64,000 nucleotides of DNA from Eledone cirrhosa (GCA_964016885.1 OZ024745.1:71424001-71488000); one strand, 5' to 3'. Positions 1-14,759 are shown, counted from the first letter of the stretch. Numbers and translations are program-made. The notes: generated by a model not told the origin, from the sequence alone.

Positions 1-309
1 TTTAATTATACAAAAGAAAAACACCACACACATAAACTACAAGTTGCACAAATGTATTGTGAACTAAAATAAAAATACATGACCAAAAGATTCCGGAAGG
101 AAATAGAAATTGATTGCCAAATGCTAGCGGGGTCTAGAAAGAAGTAATTACACAGAATGAAGCATATATCGTGAAAAGCCAGCCAAGTGTTAAATGTAAT
201 TAAAGAATCGAGGTTGGCTCAATTTAATATAAACTTGGTAATACTGCAAGTAAGTTGGCTCACTATACCATTGAATTGGCTTGAAAAAAAAGTAATTTCT
301 TTATATATT

Positions 310-900
<591 letters not shown>

Positions 901-1384
901 GCACTGTGAAGACCGACAAACATTTAACCTCACGCCTTGGATAGTTTTTGTGGTTACAGAGATTAAAATATACAATTAATATATAATTTGTGAAAAGAAA
1001 TGTATTAATTTCATACAATGGTAGTAAAGGCTTGTGGTTTTATGCTTATGGTGTTAGGTTTATGATCATTTGGTCATTGGTTTGAATCCTGGGCCAGGTG
1101 GTGTGTTGTGTTCTTGAACAAAATAACTTATTTTATGTTGCCCCCTTCTGACATGAGTTACGACCAAGATATAGTATCAGTAATGGAAAAACCAATGTAA
1201 ACATTGTATCTTTATCTGATCTGATGACAGCCTCTTTTCCTTTAGTATAGGAGCTGCAACTTTATATGGTTGGTTAAATCGACAGGTAGACACCAACACG
1301 TGCCTCTCATTTTATTAATTAGATATTATTAACTGATGCTTATTTTATCGATCTCTGTCAAACCGTTAAGTGAGGGGACATAAA

Positions 1385-1388
<4 letters not shown>

Positions 1389-1450
<62 letters not shown>
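1389..1450. repeat. (CA)n microsatellite embedded in a degenerate SINE-like repeat
   Basis: Pure CA run with SINE-like flanks (about 1340-1620). Confidence 0.85.
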
Positions 1451-1456
<6 letters not shown>

Positions 1457-2244
1457 TATTCATACATCAGGTTTCTGCACAGAGTCCGTCTACCAAATTC
1501 CACTCACAATCCGGGGTTTTTATAGAAAACACCTACCGAGAGTGCTACGCAACAGGGCTGAATCTGAAACCCTGTGATGGCAAAGTGAACTCCTTAACCA
1601 TACAATTATACCTGTGCCAATACTATTGGCTTTTTTAGCTTTTAGGGAGCTTCCAAGTGGTTATTCAATAAGCTAGAAATAGCAGATAAATATTCTTGAA
1701 ATTATTTCCTACCGTCTCTTAAAATAAAAGGTAGATACATTAGAGGATATGTGTCTCTATATAACGAGGTAGTCACGGCTGGAATGCCTTTTATTTTAGC
1801 GCTCCTGGGTCAAAACTCACATAGGATTACTGAGCAGCAAGTCAGTTTATTGACCACGAAGAAATGAATGCCATAATATGAACATTGGAGAAAGAAACTA
1901 AAAATACTGCTAGTCTTTTTAGTATCAACTAATAAGGTTGTCTACCCCTGTCTTCTTTGAGCGGAATTCCATCCATCTATGTGCAGGTAACTCGGGCGTG
2001 TACTGTCGTCAACTGGAAAAATCAAATGATGCCATCAAACAGAAGCGTCCCGAATTGGCAAATCACAAAGGAGTTGCGTATTAACATGATAACGCTAAAC
2101 CAGGTTTTAGTTAGATTACTTGGCAAAAATTGTTATCTGGCATCATCCGACCGCCATTTGTTTCGATCTTTACAAAACGCCTTAAAGGTTAAAACTATCA
2201 CTGCTGATGGGGATATTTAATCGCGTGTCCAATTGCTGAACAGA

Positions 2245-2325
2245 ACCATTAAATCGTTCTTGGAACCATCAAATAGTTCTTGGAACCATCAAATCGTCTT
2301 GGAACCATCAAATCGTCTTGGAACA
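2245..2325. repeat. Short ~19-bp tandem repeat (tcttggaaccatcaaatcg, about 4 copies)
   Basis: Direct reading. Confidence 0.8.
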
Positions 2326-2384
2326 ATTTATCAAAAACGAAGAACCTTTTTAGCATCAAATCATGAAGTTACACGAAAGAAGGT

Positions 2385-2520
2385 AAAAGGTTTCCAGCAC
2401 GTCTCCCTCACCGTCCTCCGGGGTAATGTCTTCTCTATCCTGTCGGCCGGGACCACGAGGGGGACGACGTATTATGGCAGGAGTAGGGTGGCAGTCTTCA
2501 GAGGAAAGGGTTAATAATGC
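2385..2520 (+). mobile_element. 3' fragment of a CRE-clade non-LTR retrotransposon inside the mariner relic
   Basis: FQHVSLTVLRGNVFSILSAG resembles the CRE RLE C-terminal motif QRxSxxxQRGNA. Confidence 0.5.
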
Positions 2521-3592
2521 TGACACATTAGGGTTTATTATAAACATTGAACAAAATGTACGGTATATTGTTTAATAAAGTTGTTTGTTTCCCATGAAAA
2601 ATTCGCTTTTCATTTATCCAGAAAAAAATGTAATTACTTTCTGCATAATCCAATATGTTGCTTTTGTTGTGGGGACTTATTAAAGTAGACGCCTATTGTA
2701 TTTTACACGGCGTATATTTCAACCTAAAAGACATTGGTGTCAATTAGGTATATCTCTTTTCTTCTACTAAATAGTTGTAGCCACTCGCCAGTTTCGATTT
2801 TTTGAAACGCTCACAGTTGTGTTTCGAATGACATTGACAAAGAATTTGTCATTAGTTGATTAATTAATTAACAATATCAATGTGAGCTACATTCAGTACG
2901 TATGTCTTTATTGGTAGAATGATCCTCTCGAAGTACAACAATATCTATTTCAACGCATGACTTCATATCAAGAATCTTATTAAACAAATACATTGCTACT
3001 GTAAAGTCTTTTTCGGGTAACAAATAGCTGTCACACTTTTATCAACATTTCTGAAGCTGAAATATATTTTTCTTTGAAACCCATATGTATTGCTGCATTA
3101 TTTTCGGAGTTTTGCAAAGCCAGCTAAAAACAGCTGCCTTGGTTTAAAAGCACGCAAACATAAGCTATGTAAAGGTTTCGTAGGTGTAAATAAACTGTGT
3201 TGTATAAATAAGGAAAGTTTCCAATAGAATTTTTTTTTTTTTTTTTTTGAATACCTGAATTCATTGACAAAAATCAACACAGACTTGGGCATTGGCAATA
3301 ATGATCAAGTGATAGTTAAGTAGACGCTGGAAACTGGGATATGAAAGAATCAACTATTTATATATTCATTCCGTTGCCAAAAGGATGTCGGTTTAAGCCT
3401 TCCTTTGCCAAATAGAATTTGGACTTCAAGTGACTTTTTCATCAAAAAGAATTGAAACTGGCAGGCCAGAACACTCCTCCTCCGTTTGAAACTGGCAGCT
3501 GAGAGTTACCCCTCCTCTAATCAACATAGACTTGTTGAAAGCCATTCTAAATTCGACCTTATGAGGGTCCGAGAATTTTTGTTTAGAAAATA

Positions 3593-3735
<143 letters not shown>

Positions 3736-4541
3736 CAGATGAAAACAATTAGTAGTGGTGCGTGTTAGCAAAAGAAAATTTTATAACGTAGGTGTACACA
3801 GTTTAGTGTGCCAAGACACTCGTCAACTTATCTAGAAGCAGTTTTTCTACAGATTTCGACTTAAACTATTGATTACTCTTCCTCAAGTTTCAGTGTGGGA
3901 AAGTTCATACATTGATTTTTTAAACGAGACTCAATGATGAAAGGAAATATTAAAAAACAAAATGGTAAGAGAAGCAGACAGAAAAATGTAACAGAAAAAG
4001 AAACTGAGACCAAAAAGCAAAAAGAATGTTGATTTTACTACATTCTTTAACTTCATGTAGGACATATGTTCAGTCAGTCAACAAACGAATAGCAATATAT
4101 CGGACAGTTTGTATGAAACCATTCTAGAAACACATATTTCAACTTCAGTCGAAATGTCAAAGATTTTATAGTATACAAATATAATTAAAAGCTACCTTAG
4201 CTTAGCTAGCTAAGAATAATTTATTGATCTTATATTTATTGTTTACTGCTCAGAACAGCCTATATCTTAAACAAACTGCTCTATGAAAATATTTTCATTG
4301 AGATATATTTATATAATTTCCATGCTACCTATATATTTGATTCAATGTTTAATTGTTCAGAGAGTCTGGTTAGTTTTCGAAGCTCCAGCTACCAATAATA
4401 TTCTACTTAGTGTTCCCTTTTACTTTTATTTACTGGTTTTCTTCGACTGCGGGCATGCTAGGGCACCTCTTTCGAATGCTAGGTCACTCATATTCTTTAG
4501 AGTTCTAATCTAACTGCTGAACACTTAGCAAACGTTAAAGT

Positions 4542-5122
4542 TTTAGCAGTATTGGTTATTGAGTAGTCGCCACTTTAGCAGGGTAGATGATTGAAGGTCG
4601 TTAGTTGCCAGTGTGGTAAGTGATAGTATCCTCGTTGGATTATCTTGTCGACATAGACGTGAGGGAAGGTCCCTCGATCTATTTACCATCTATTTACAAT
4701 ATTCCCTTCGTCAGGTCGCCAATTCCAGCAGCATGGATTATAGATCTTATTGAGACACGAGTAACATAATAATGATTTCAACAGCAGAAATTAGAGATGA
4801 AATGTATGTTTATTTTGGATGTAGCACAAACAATGTTTGTTAACTTATATGGTTGAAGTTACAGATAAAAAGAGGTTACAAAAGTAAATGTGCCATTGCG
4901 CCGAAAAGCCGGCGAGGCTAGGGTGCAATATCTCACCGTTACATTATGCGTGTTGCTGGCTTGAAGTTTCCGGTACAAGAGAGAGATTCTTCAAATCTTC
5001 GCGGGGAATTTCTTCCTCAGGGCACGTAGGGATACATCCTCTTCTACTGGCGCTGATTGGCTGAACTGAGCCAAATCACGCACAGAGAATGTATGTGAGC
5101 CCGCGGAATGTAGGTCACTACA
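4542..5122 (-). repeat. 3' LTR
   Basis: Direct repeat of 6718-7298. Contains AATAAA on the minus strand near 4810. Confidence 0.9.
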
Positions 5123-6703
5123 TCACCTCCGACCAGATTTTCAGCCGAAAATCGACAACGAAGAAACCAAGGACCCACATATTATTGAATCAGCAAGAAC
5201 AAATGCTGAAAGAGCACATCAGTGAAAAAATAATTGAACAGAAAGATTCATGCAAGAACAAAAAAAATTAGGCGCGACGGGCCGTGTTGATCCGCTGTCA
5301 AATGACTAGCTGTTTTGTAGTTTAAACGAGACCCTCAAGGGCCTACCAGAAAACAGATAAAGTGTGACATGGGCGAAGTTGCTGTTCTTGCATTAAATGT
5401 TAATGGTAAGCGTTGTACCAGTAGCTGTGAACGAAGCTATTATGGTAGTTTACCAGTGCTGGCAAGAAAATGATGGCCCCCAGATGTATTGTCGAATGTG
5501 CTGTGGAGCCAGGAAAAAATGGCTGGTTGCTTTGTAAAGAAAAAAAAAAGCAAGTTTAATCTGTAGGTGGGTTGCAGTGTAAATTCCATAATTCGGGCGA
5601 ATCCACAGAAGTGGCCGAAATGCTGACAAGTCCAGTTCAATTTGTTGCTTTCCCAGCGAGTCGGGCAAAAACAACAAGACGGATGGCCGTCATGGACGAT
5701 CAGTGTGCAACGAGATGCGAAGCTGTTTGAGTTCAGCTGCAATTAGTATTCTCGTGTTGCGGTGCCTGTTTGAATCCAGTGGATTAAGCTCTGTTAGCTG
5801 CTAGCATGTGACAGCATCTCAACCAGGTGAAAAGGGACTCGCAGAACATTACGTTTGAAGAACATATACCAAGAACAACATGTTGGTGTGTGATAAAAAA
5901 AATGTGTGCATATGCAGGCATGTAAAACAGAAAAGAATGTGAATGAACAAAAACCATTAGCAAGCAAATAGCAAAAGAGCACAAAACAAGTAAATGCATT
6001 CTACAAAGAAATATGTGAGTGTAAGAAACTGATAATTCAAAGTCAATCTAAGGGAGCAGAGAAATTGCTCAATAAGTTCAAAGTTTTTCAAAGTCAAATA
6101 GTTCACACATCACCAGTGTACAGACACTAGTTCTATCTGAAAACTGAAAAAGAAGTTTGTTAATGCCGTTAGGGGTTAGATGTATGGTGTTTTTGTGAGT
6201 TTTCGTGGCCATCTTGTGTGGCATAAGGTTGTGTTGCTTATTGTTAAAGCAAAGTCAAAGAATCTTCTGTAGAGTAGCAGTCACCAAATATGGCAGCCAC
6301 GTCTGACGCCATAATGGTGAGAAAACTACTGTCTCAATTTCTCGCGTCCCTGTGGTAACGAGACAGAAGGTATGGTGGTTGCGTCGGTAAAGTTACAAGC
6401 CGTTTTGAAATTTCCGATGTGTGGTGGTTTGCGTCGGTAAGGCTATGAAGCTGCCACTCACTATTCCCTGTTTTGGTCAGTGGCTAAACAATGTTGTCGC
6501 TGCTGCTGCTGTCATTGTTGATCGTAGACAGGACTTGTCGGTAGCCATTTTGAAATTTCTTCGTGGCGAAAAGTTTTTGAAATACTGCTAATTTTTCAAA
6601 AATCTTAAAAGGAATATTTTTTATTTTCGCAAGTTGCGAAAAGGTTGGCAAAAGGGCAATAAAAGTTCAACTGAATAAAAAAGAAGGGCTGCGTTAAATT
6701 CTT

Positions 6704-6716
6704 ACGTCGGTCACCA
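6704..6716 (-). other. Primer-binding site, tRNA-Trp-like
   Basis: TGGTGACCGACGT versus the complement of the tRNA-Trp 3' end TGGTGACCCCGACGT (2-nt gap). Confidence 0.65.
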
Positions 6717-6717
6717 C

Positions 6718-7298
6718 TTTAGCAGTATTGGTTATTGAGTAGTCGCCACTTTAGCAGGGTAGATGATTGAAGGTCGTTAGTTGCCAGTGTGGTAAGTGAT
6801 AGTATCCTCGTTGGATTATCTTGTCGACATAGACGTGAGGGAAGGTCCCTCGATCTATTTACCATCTATTTACAATATTCCCTTCGTCAGGTCGCCAATT
6901 CCAGCAGCATGGATTATAGATCTTATTGAGACACGAGTAACATAATAATGATTTCAACAGCAGAAATTAGAGATGAAATGTATGTTTATTTTGGATGTAG
7001 CACAAACAATGTTTGTTAACTTATATGGTTGAAGTTACAGATAAAAAGAGGTTACAAAAGGGAATGTGCCATTGCGCCGAAAAGCCGGCGAGGCTAGGGT
7101 GCAATATCTCACCGTTACATTATGCGTGTTGCTGGCTTGAAGTTTCCGGTACAAGAGAGAGATTCTTCAAATCTTCGCGGGGAATTTCTTCCTCAGGGCG
7201 CGTAGGGATACATCCTCTTCTACTGGCGCTGATTGGCTGAACTGAGCCAAATCACGCACAGAGAATGTATGTGAGCCCGCGGAATGTAGGTCACTACA
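6718..7298 (-). repeat. 5' LTR
   Basis: Direct repeat of 4542-5122, followed on the minus strand by the PBS. Confidence 0.9.
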
Positions 7299-8589
7299 AA
7301 GTCTTCAGATCAGACCAAGGAAATTGTTTCCATTGGTTTTTACATTACTGATACTTGAACTCAGAATTCACTGATCCGAATCGGATACGAATTGCAACCT
7401 GTCTGACTATTTATCAATTCCACCAATCCACTATCTATTGATTGATGCTTTATTTATCGACCTTGAAAGAATGTTAGGCAAAGTTGCCTGTTAGGCAGTG
7501 AGCCGGAACAAAGACCATTTAATCCGATATCCTAATTCGTCCCCTTATGATACCAAATCGCATGAAACCGTCCCTGGTTCTATTATATGAAGCTGTTTGC
7601 TTTAAAATGTTTATATTTATCTAAAACCTTCCATCATTATTTAAAGTAAGAACCTTTGTTAGATTATGTTCCAAAAAACAGCTGAATAACAAGAAAGTTA
7701 ATTAGATTACTAGCTCCCTGCAAATTCTTGATTATTTTCAAAATAACTTGAAATTTATAGCTAGTAAGGTTCATTAGAAATATTGCAACGAGAAGTTTAA
7801 AATGGAATCAAATGTTAAGATTTCTCACAGAGCCTGTCTAGTAATTTGGTGATAGATTACCTTCATGTATGACCGGTCGATCTTTAGTGATCGATTACTT
7901 CAATGGTTGAATGACCGATCGATCTTCCTTTTGGTCGGAATTTATCCTTCAGCAACAGTTTGGTCAGTTTCTGTTCATTGTACGTCTCGCAAATTCCAAA
8001 CTGCTTTCTAAACTACGTGTTGATGAATGTGCGTAATTTTAAATATTGGTTTGTTTATTTCGTTTTCTTTTTCTTCACCGAGTATCCATTTCACATAGAG
8101 TGATTGATTTTGATTGATTTTACAGTAAGTTAAACATATCATTGTGGACATCATTTCTTTTCTCTTTCAAATGGGATGGTCGGGACAACTTCCTGTGTTA
8201 TTGCTTTCTACGATATTTTATGTTTATGGCTCTTTGCACTGTGAGTTCAAAACGTGGGCGACTTTACCTTTCATCCTTTCTGGGTCGATAATTAAAATAC
8301 CAGTTCAGAGGGTGTTGGATCTGTGCTTTCTCAGTTAAAATTAAACCTCTTTTAACTAGGAGTTTTGACTGACACGTACTATCAACAATGGAAAAATAAA
8401 TGGAAACAGATTCTTTGGTTCGATCTGACGAGCAGCTCTTTTCCTTTCCTTTGTACAGGCTGATCAATCAGTCTATATACAACGGGGAGGTTCGACGAAA
8501 ATGTGGCGGAGATCGACAGAACATTCACAATCTCTTGGAACTCTGAACAATTTTGTTCTTTGTGTATGGTAGATATCCATCGGTTCCAA

Positions 8590-8825
8590 CAATGAGTGTA
8601 CCAATTGTTCGAACAATGAGACAGCCTACACGTGAAATTAATATGCAAATGGCTGAGCATTCCACAGATGCGTGTACATAGTGTGTGATACGGCTGAACG
8701 TTTGAATCACAGGTGCCACTCATTTTTTACCTGGGACAACTTGAAACAATGTCTTGCTAAAGGACACAACACAATCGAACTTACGACTTTATTATTGTGA
8801 GGGGAACACTAACCAATAGGACACT
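8590..8825 (-). mobile_element. tRNA-derived SINE with CORE-like motif (degenerate)
   Basis: Contains tgtcttgctaaaggacacaac. Related copies lie near 10010, 23160, 25000, 39240, 49116 and 55086. Confidence 0.6.
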
Positions 8826-9716
8826 ATAGTACAATGTACAACACTTGCTTAATATCACAATATAAAATGATTATGTGCAGGTCTCATGTACCTCGGACTA
8901 CACAAACGAATGTGACCTTATTGTAAGATGGTGAGTTGTGATTAGATCAATAATTTGACAGTTATCTTTAGCAGGTCAAGTGACTACTTAGACGTTCCTA
9001 TATATATATATATTCTATTCTAGGGAAAATCTCTTGACACTGTGTGTGTTTTTGTGTGTGTGTGTGTCTGCGCGCGCGTGCGTGTGTGTGTGTGCGTGCG
9101 TGTGCGTGTGTGTATGTACAATGACGATATGAGCTTGAGTAAGGAATAGATCCCATGGCATCAGTTCATCTCCGGACCTATCAGCTACCCCGTAAGTGTG
9201 CCACCATTTGCGCCATTTCTATTGGAATGTAGAGAATGGTTACCAAATATCTCAAGGCATTTTGCCCGACGTTCTACCAATACTCCCAATATATGGAGCT
9301 CAGCATATAAATAATAATTATATATAACTTAAACAGTTAAAATGTTTTTACATACATATAAAGGGAAAAAATATATATATGTGTATATGTGAAGGGTATT
9401 AAGTAAATATAAATGCAATCCTAGACACAGAAAAAGAAATGTTATATTTGTGGCAAAGGCAATTCAAAAATGGAACCACATTTTCTAGAACAAATGCATT
9501 ATGCTAATAAAATCGATTGCTTTTTTTGTTTCCTTTCTTTTAAAAAAATCCTTACAGACATCTAAACTTTAAGTAATATTGATTTCTCGTACAGGTACAC
9601 TGTCACATATTGAGAGGGGGTGTTATAGTGAATTATAGACCTTCATGGTATATTACCGGTACATATATATATGCATACATATATTTGCATATATATATAT
9701 ACACATATATGTATAC

Positions 9717-9822
<106 letters not shown>

Positions 9823-9839
9823 ATATATATATATATATT

Positions 9840-9902
9840 AGTAGTAGTACAGATTAAAGTTTAAGCAAAGAATAATAAATATTTGGCCTACGGGTTTAGG
9901 TA

Positions 9903-9940
<38 letters not shown>

Positions 9941-9975
9941 CCTTATCGAGCCCTCTTCGGATTTTGGTATTTGTA
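9840..9975 (+). repeat. Short TA-microsatellite-embedded repeat, copy 1
   Basis: Shares acagattaaagtttaagcaaagaat and tatcgagccctct with the reverse complement of 34633-34810, and the first motif with 11947-12021. Confidence 0.7.
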
Positions 9976-11911
9976 TTTATTACAGTGGCATCACAACTCA
10001 TTTCTACAGCTGAGTGAACTGGAGCAACGTGAAATTAAATGTCTTTCTCAAGGACACAACGCACCGCCCAGTGGTCCTGAAATCTAACTCACAACCTCAC
10101 GAATACGAACCCAATGCTCTAGCTCTGAGGTGGGTGGAAAAGCCAACTACCAAATGTGACCTGCTAACATATGGTCCAAGGATGAGATGTGAATGTTTAC
10201 TTCCATAATTCCTGTAGCAGTCAGCATTCTCCCCACCGATTGAGCTACGAATGCCTTGCAAATAACTTTAACTGGATATAGCCATTCTTGCAATCCTTTC
10301 TCCCTACTTCTCTGCACTACGTCTTGTTACTCAGCACTTTTTCGTTCAAAGGCTTGGTTGCACTCCACCTCCCATGGAACTGTGAGTACAATCAGCATTA
10401 TCTTCTTCAACTTTCAAACCTCAGAACTATATTTGACCCTGATGCCATTGGAATTACAGAAATAAAAAGAAATGCAGCATCTCGTAGGATGACCCTGTTG
10501 TTGGTTATGGAACAGGAGAGAAGAGATAAGCTGGAAGCCAAAATTCGAAGGTAAGCAGTGATTTATCCACCAATCCTGACCCCACTAACGGGAGGGTGTT
10601 ACGGTGAAGGTTCGGAACATCCAATGAACTTTGGACACAGACTGATGATATCAACTCCGCCTTGTCAAAGTTATATTTACCGAAAGTGAAGCATCTTCAT
10701 GTATAATATGTACTTTACAATGTAGATATATTAAAGGCAGATTAAATAAGATGGGGTTAGCTCTAGCCAGCGCCATACAATATTAATTTGTTGTTATTAT
10801 AAATAAGCAAGGGACTCGGTGAATTTTTCAGCCAAAGTCCCTATGCAAGCTTAATCAATCCTTGGTTATCCCTACGTTACTTGTTGCAAGCCTCGCCGCA
10901 AAATGTAAGTGTATAAAAACACATTGTTATATTTCTTAGTGGACAGAAAATATATTTTTCTATCTAATGTGAAATATATAAATGTGTTTACGTGTGTTTA
11001 CATTTCACAGCAAATTTCATTACAAATTTCCTACTAATGTTAGTATACTTTTGTCAATACCTAATACTGAGATATAAGGCGGTGGATTGGTGAGATATAA
11101 TGTTCGTTCTGGCAGTCTATGCGTTCAAATCTCGCCGAGGGCAACTTTACCTTTTAACCTTTCTCCCAGGAAGAAATTGTGTGTGTTAAGACTTGGAGAG
11201 GAATTAATTAATACGTCATATGTCATAATGATGCCCCTACATCTCCACCAGGAGTTTAAGGCGCATGTATACTGACACGTATCCGCATATTGATGAACTA
11301 GACTCACACAAACATATATATATGTGTGCACAGCACAGGTGTAAATATGTTCAGAAGCTATATATATTCTGGAAGCGGCGAGCATACTCAATTTATACTG
11401 TTTCTAGTCAAGTACACTTTTCATTTGACACTGTCATCATTATTCAAATTTAATACTTAGCCTGGCTTCCGACATTTGAGTTGAATATTACAGACAGATT
11501 TCATATCAAACATTTTAAAGAAGATTGTAACATCTCTTTCTCCCTTGCACTCACAATGCCCCTCTTTTCTCTCCTTTCTTTTCCTATCTCCTTCTTTCCT
11601 TCCCGTTCTCTTTTTCTTCTTCTTCTCTCTCTCTCTCTTCTGTCAACAATCACAGCTTGTACTATTTACTAATACCATACATCCCTTCACATTACACACT
11701 TTCCCAATCAATTTATCGTAGTATCAATATCAAACCTATAGATTCATCGCTCGATCAAAGTTTACAACTCTGTCTATAATGTGAGTGTTGTTATTCTCAT
11801 AAACTAGATAGCATTTCTTAAATACTTCTCAGATCGTTTCTCATATAGTTGTACACACACACACACACATACATACCCATACACACACATACACACACAC
11901 TTATATATACG

Positions 11912-11946
<35 letters not shown>

Positions 11947-11948
<2 letters not shown>

Positions 11949-12021
11949 TTATTAAAATAACAGATTAAAGTTTAAGCAAAGAATCACTGCTTTTTAGTCT
12001 TCAAATTTATTATTATTACTA
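11947..12021 (+). repeat. Short TA-microsatellite-embedded repeat, copy 2 (internally deleted)
   Basis: Both ends match the reverse complement of 34633-34810. Confidence 0.75.
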
Positions 12022-12159
12022 TATATATATATATATATATACATATATACACATATATACATATATATACATATATATACATATACATATATACTGTACA
12101 TATATATATATATGTATGTGTGTATGTGTGTGTGTGTATATATATATATATGCATCTAG

Positions 12160-12325
12160 TATTGGTGATTTTGGAGACCCTGTGGGATAAAAAACAAAAC
12201 CAGTCAAAGGGTGGAGGAACTCAGGATAATCAACGGCCATACAATAAAGTATTTTTTTACAGGGGCACTGGAGTGAGAGACCCCTAGTCGTGATTGAGAC
12301 ATGTCTCTAGAAGGTCACTCTGTAT
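12160..12325 (+). mobile_element. Interspersed repeat fragment, likely the 5' region of an RTE-like LINE
   Basis: Alignable to about 55697-55865 (ggtgattttgga...gacatgtctctag...aaggtcac). Confidence 0.55.
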
Positions 12326-13515
12326 AATGTATAAAAATGTGTATAGTATGTATATATGCATGTATGTAAGTATATTCCACAGTTCTGTAGGCCACAGTTT
12401 TGTACCAAGGTAGCTGATATTTCGCAGAGAAGGTCATAAGTTATTTATTTGATTTGATTTGATTTGTTTAGCTCTAGACAGAAAAGACTGAGAATATATT
12501 ACACTACCAAGCTGTGGAATAAACATTAACAAAGGTTACTGATTAGAAGACTAATTCATTTAGAGTAATTATGTAAATTAGCGCAGTATTTTGGAAAACA
12601 AATGCATATTTTCGAAAACAATTTTTTTTTTAAAGTCTAAGAGTAAAATCACATTTTAGTTTCTATATTTGCTTATTTTTCACACGTTTTTATGAAGTCC
12701 AGCTTAACCCATCTTCTGGATAGCTTGCATGCTACAATTCTATGTCAATTAACAATCCCACAGGCTGCCAGTATTTTTATTGAAAATATAGAGAATTCCT
12801 ATAATTATATTTATTTTATGCATTAATAAACCCAACTAAATCTCGATACGATTACTATTTTATTTTTGTTTTTGTTTTTATATCTGAGTCAGAACTGGTA
12901 TATATAATTTTAACGAGTTTGCATTTGACCGAATTAGATTTCCAATAAACTAAAACAAAATACATTTATGATACTTATATTATTGATTATCGAAGGGATC
13001 TTTTTCAACATAATTTCAATTGAGGCGTAATGCAACGAAATCGAAGATATTTCAAGCTTTTCAATAAAATTCTCACCTTTATAGGAACACTTGTGTCTTC
13101 TATATACAGGAAAACTAATTTTCGATTATTTGAACTACACACATACACATGTATATATGTGTATGTGAGAGAGAGAAAGGGGAGGAAACTGTCTGGCTTA
13201 GTGCTTAAAGTGTTTGGTTCACAACTATGAGGTTGCTAGTTCAATTCCTGGACTGGGTGGTGATCGTGTCCTTTTCCTTGTAAAACATTGGTGGCGTATA
13301 GGGGCGAGACTGGTATGCATGGGTGACTGCTGGTCTTCTTCAAAGACATCATCCCCTTGCTTATGCTTCAGAGAAGAGGCTTCTAGATGCAAAACCCATG
13401 GTCATTTGTAACAAACGGTGTATATATGTTATATATGCGTGTATATATATATATATATATATATATACAAGCACATACTTTGTGCATATATGTGTTTGTC
13501 TATTAATATGTATAT

Positions 13516-13580
<65 letters not shown>

Positions 13581-13586
<6 letters not shown>

Positions 13587-14071
13587 GATTGGTGCTCTGA
13601 AATACCGATGTATACATGAATGTATGTATAGTATATTTGGCAATATACCGTATGTTTAATTAAAAACATTTTGAAGACCATACGTTATCGGTTTTAAAGT
13701 AGTGACTATGTTACTTACTTCTTTTCGGCGAAAGAAGAGAGAGATAAGTTAACAGTCTGTTTCACGCTGTTTGGCGATCACCAGAGCCACGCACTCCCTC
13801 TTCCGCCGAAAATTATAGAAGCTGGATTCTTATAGAATTCCAGTAATAATCAGGAGCTGATTATACAGAACGATTGCCGGTGCAGAAAAAATTAGGTATT
13901 AGGATTGGTGCTCTGAAATAGCGATGTGTACATGTATGTTAAGTTCTCTCCCTTCTTTCGCCGAAAAGAAGTAAGTGACATAGTCACTACTTTAAAACCG
14001 ATAGCGTATGGTCTTCAACATGTTTTTAATTAAACATACGGTATATTGCCAAATATATTATACACACATTC

Positions 14072-14078
<7 letters not shown>
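13581..14078. repeat. Fold-back structure: ~143-bp inverted arms plus a ~37-bp direct repeat, embedded in (TA)n
   Basis: Inverted arms 13611-13754 and 13937-14078. Direct repeat 13581-13618 and 13897-13934. Confidence 0.85.
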
Positions 14079-14131
<53 letters not shown>

Positions 14132-14618
14132 ATGCATGTGTGTGTAAAAGTAAACAGAAATAACAAAGCAAACGGCACAGTCCAATGAAGAATTTTATTA
14201 GTTTAACGCTTGAAATAATAGGAAAATACTTTTAACGTTTCGGAAAGAAAGGATGAATTAGAAACATAAAAAGTAAGAAGAGGAATGAACGGGAAAAAAA
14301 TACATGTGGTTATTGTAAATAATTCACTAACTATTTACAAACGGTTTACAAAACATACACTCTACTTTCCAAAGTATCGAATATTTTGCTGAACATGGTC
14401 TTACTAGTCTAAACAGGCATCTCCCAATATATAAATATGTGGGTGTGTGGGGGTGTCTGTGTCTGTGCGTGTGTGTGTGTGTATGAATGTATGTATGAAT
14501 GTATGTATGTATGTATACGTAGGGTACGGGAATTGAACTCGCAACCCCGACGCTCTAACCACAAAGCCATACCCCTTCACGCACGCACACATACAGATAT
14601 ATATATACACACACATAG

Positions 14619-14750
<132 letters not shown>

Positions 14751-14759
14751 GTATATATA

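Larger units (their letters stand above)
1985..2654 (+). mobile_element. Degenerate mariner (Tc1/mariner) 3' remnant with right TIR, interrupted by other sequence
   Basis: Frameshifted translation gives YCRQLEKSNDAIKQKRPELANHKGVAY*HDNAKP, then LASSDRHLFRSLQNAL (mariner HDNARPH and DLAPSDYHLFRSLQN motifs) and C-terminal IEQNVRYIV*. The end aattactttctgcataatccaata resembles a mariner TIR. Confidence 0.8.
4542..7298 (-). mobile_element. Non-autonomous LTR retroelement (~2.76 kb) with two 581-bp LTRs and no pol
   Basis: LTRs at 4542-5122 and 6718-7298 (about 3 differences seen by eye). 4-bp TSD AAGT at 4538-4541 and 7299-7302. On the minus strand the LTR starts TGTAGT, a PBS TGGTGACCGACGT follows the 5' LTR, and purine-rich GGAGGTGA precedes the 3' LTR. 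Confidence 0.9.

Noticed and set aside
5440-5742. Cys/His-rich ORF as a possible gag zinc knuckle in the LTR element
   Set aside because: No convincing CCHC spacing or gag context.
10457-10556. Possible exon ending in a strong donor AAG|gtaagc
   Set aside because: Poor acceptor, no recognisable protein similarity and no partner exons.
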